Of a stretch of DNA of 64,000 nucleotides, positions 63,276-64,000 are shown piece after piece. Location: the NCBI RefSeq assembly GCF_011045215.1, contig NZ_CP049201.1; one strand, 5' to 3'. Source of the stretch: Escherichia coli. GTDB taxonomy: Bacteria > Pseudomonadota > Gammaproteobacteria > Enterobacterales > Enterobacteriaceae. Below the pieces are notes generated by a model. The model was not told the DNA's origin, made no database searches, and worked only from the letters and a program-made list of their open reading frames with translations. The translations under genes and the position numbers were made by a program. How positions within the stretch are numbered: the stretch's first letter is position 1; the number at the start of each line of letters is the position of its first letter.

Positions 63276-64000
63276 ATGAGTGATAATCTGTTAAACAAAC
63301 TGACCCAACTGAAACTCCCGGCGATGGCCGGGAGCCTGATACGGCAACGGGAAACGCCTCAGACTTACGACGAACTGTCGTTCGAGGAAAGGCTGACACT
63401 GCTGGTTGATGACGAGCTTCTGAGCAGAGAAAACAGTCGTGTGGCACGGTTGAGAAAAAATGCCTGCCTGAAATATCAGGCAACACCGGAAGGGCTGCGT
63501 TATCCGGCCTCAAGAGGTCTGCGGGCTGAACAGATGAGGGAACTGCTGAACGGCCACTACATAATCCACAGGAAAAACCTACTGATAACCGGTCCGACAG
63601 GATGCGGTAAGAGCTGGATAGCCAATGCGCTGGGCGAACAGGCATGTCGACAGAAATACAGCGTCCGGTACTGTAGAACCGGGCGATTACTGGAACAGTT
63701 GGCTCAGGGACGTGTTGATGGCAGTTGGCTGAAATATCTGAAACAGTTGCAAAAAATACAGGTTCTAATCCTGGACGATCTGGGGCTGGAACAGTTAAGT
63801 AACGCCCAGTGTAATGACCTTCTGGAGATCACAGAGGATCGTTACGGACAAAGCAGCACGATAGTGGTAAGCCAGTTCCCGGTAGATAAATGGCATGGTC
63901 TGATGGAGAACCCAACAACAGCAGATGCCATCCTGGACAGACTGGTACATAACTCACACAGAGTGGTCCTTCAGGGAGAGTCCCTGAGGAAAAATCCCCC
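63276..64000 (+). CDS. istB: IS21-family helper ATPase IstB (3' end beyond the window)
   Basis: The ATG is at 63276 and the frame is open to the window edge: MSDNLLNKLTQLKLPAMAG..., with Walker A GPTGCGKS and Walker B VLILDDLG. Confidence 0.9.
   Translation, partial: MSDNLLNKLTQLKLPAMAGSLIRQRETPQTYDELSFEERLTLLVDDELLSRENSRVARLRKNACLKYQATPEGLRYPASRGLRAEQMRELLNGHYIIHRKNLLITGPTGCGKSWIANALGEQACRQKYSVRYCRTGRLLEQLAQGRVDGSWLKYLKQLQKIQVLILDDLGLEQLSNAQCNDLLEITEDRYGQSSTIVVSQFPVDKWHGLMENPTTADAILDRLVHNSHRVVLQGESLRKNP

Larger units (their letters stand above)
38341..64000. mobile_element. ParA-proximal part of an SPI-7 / PFGI-1-class integrative conjugative element inserted at pheU (extends beyond the window)
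   Basis: It starts at the truncated tRNA-Phe. The gene order parA-dnaB-parB-Rep-like-topB-DUF3577-like-ssb-pilL-SLT-... is the order I recall for SPI-7 (STY4521-STY4539) and pKLC102/PAPI-1/ICEclc. The composition differs from the core, and this segment is absent from K-12 between cadC and pheU. Confidence 0.8.
61474..64000 (+). mobile_element. IS21-family insertion sequence (left end to beyond the window)
   Basis: The candidate left terminus TGTGCAGGC... is at ~61474. Five subterminal TTTGGCAT..GATC repeats are followed by istA and istB in the canonical order. The right end is not in the window. Confidence 0.85.

Overview
The window is an Escherichia coli-type chromosome in two parts. Positions 1-38.29 kb are colinear, as far as I can recall the K-12 map and protein sequences, with the segment phnDC-yjdN-yjdM-crfC-yjcZ-proP-pmrR-basSR-eptA-adiC-adiY-adiA-melR-melAB-yjdF-fumB-dcuB-dcuRS-yjdIJ-ghoST-lysU-dtpC-cadABC. 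All of these genes look intact. At 38292-38340 only the 3' 49 nt of tRNA-Phe (pheU) remain. From 38341 to the window end lies the ParA-proximal end of a large island that looks like the SPI-7 / PFGI-1 (pKLC102, ICEclc) class of integrative conjugative elements, and it is visibly more GC-rich than the core. Its gene order is: parA; three divergent gene modules; a dnaB-like helicase; a parB-like gene; DUF2786-like and DUF2857-like genes; a Rep-like wHTH protein; mipA; topB; a DUF3577-like gene; ssb; an Rpn nuclease; and pilL-type transfer genes. An IS21-family element (istA/istB) then cuts off a translationally coupled ORF of only 7-8 host codons and runs off the window. Four non-coding signals in the island deserve the most attention. 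(1) Three same-orientation copies of a ~210-bp hairpin-rich element sit between divergent genes, one of them directly upstream of dnaB. (2) A 36-bp x ~16 tandem array, in which every unit carries an 8+1+8 palindrome, lies immediately after the Rep-like gene. (3) Four to five GTTCGG-N3-CCGAAC palindromes are embedded inside that Rep-like gene. (4) A promoter-proximal tandem hairpin/pseudoknot element with compensatory base-pair changes and UUCG loops lies between topB and the ssb operon, and it fits the published description of the STAXI motif. All protein identities come from my reading of the translations and from memory of the families. No database search was run.
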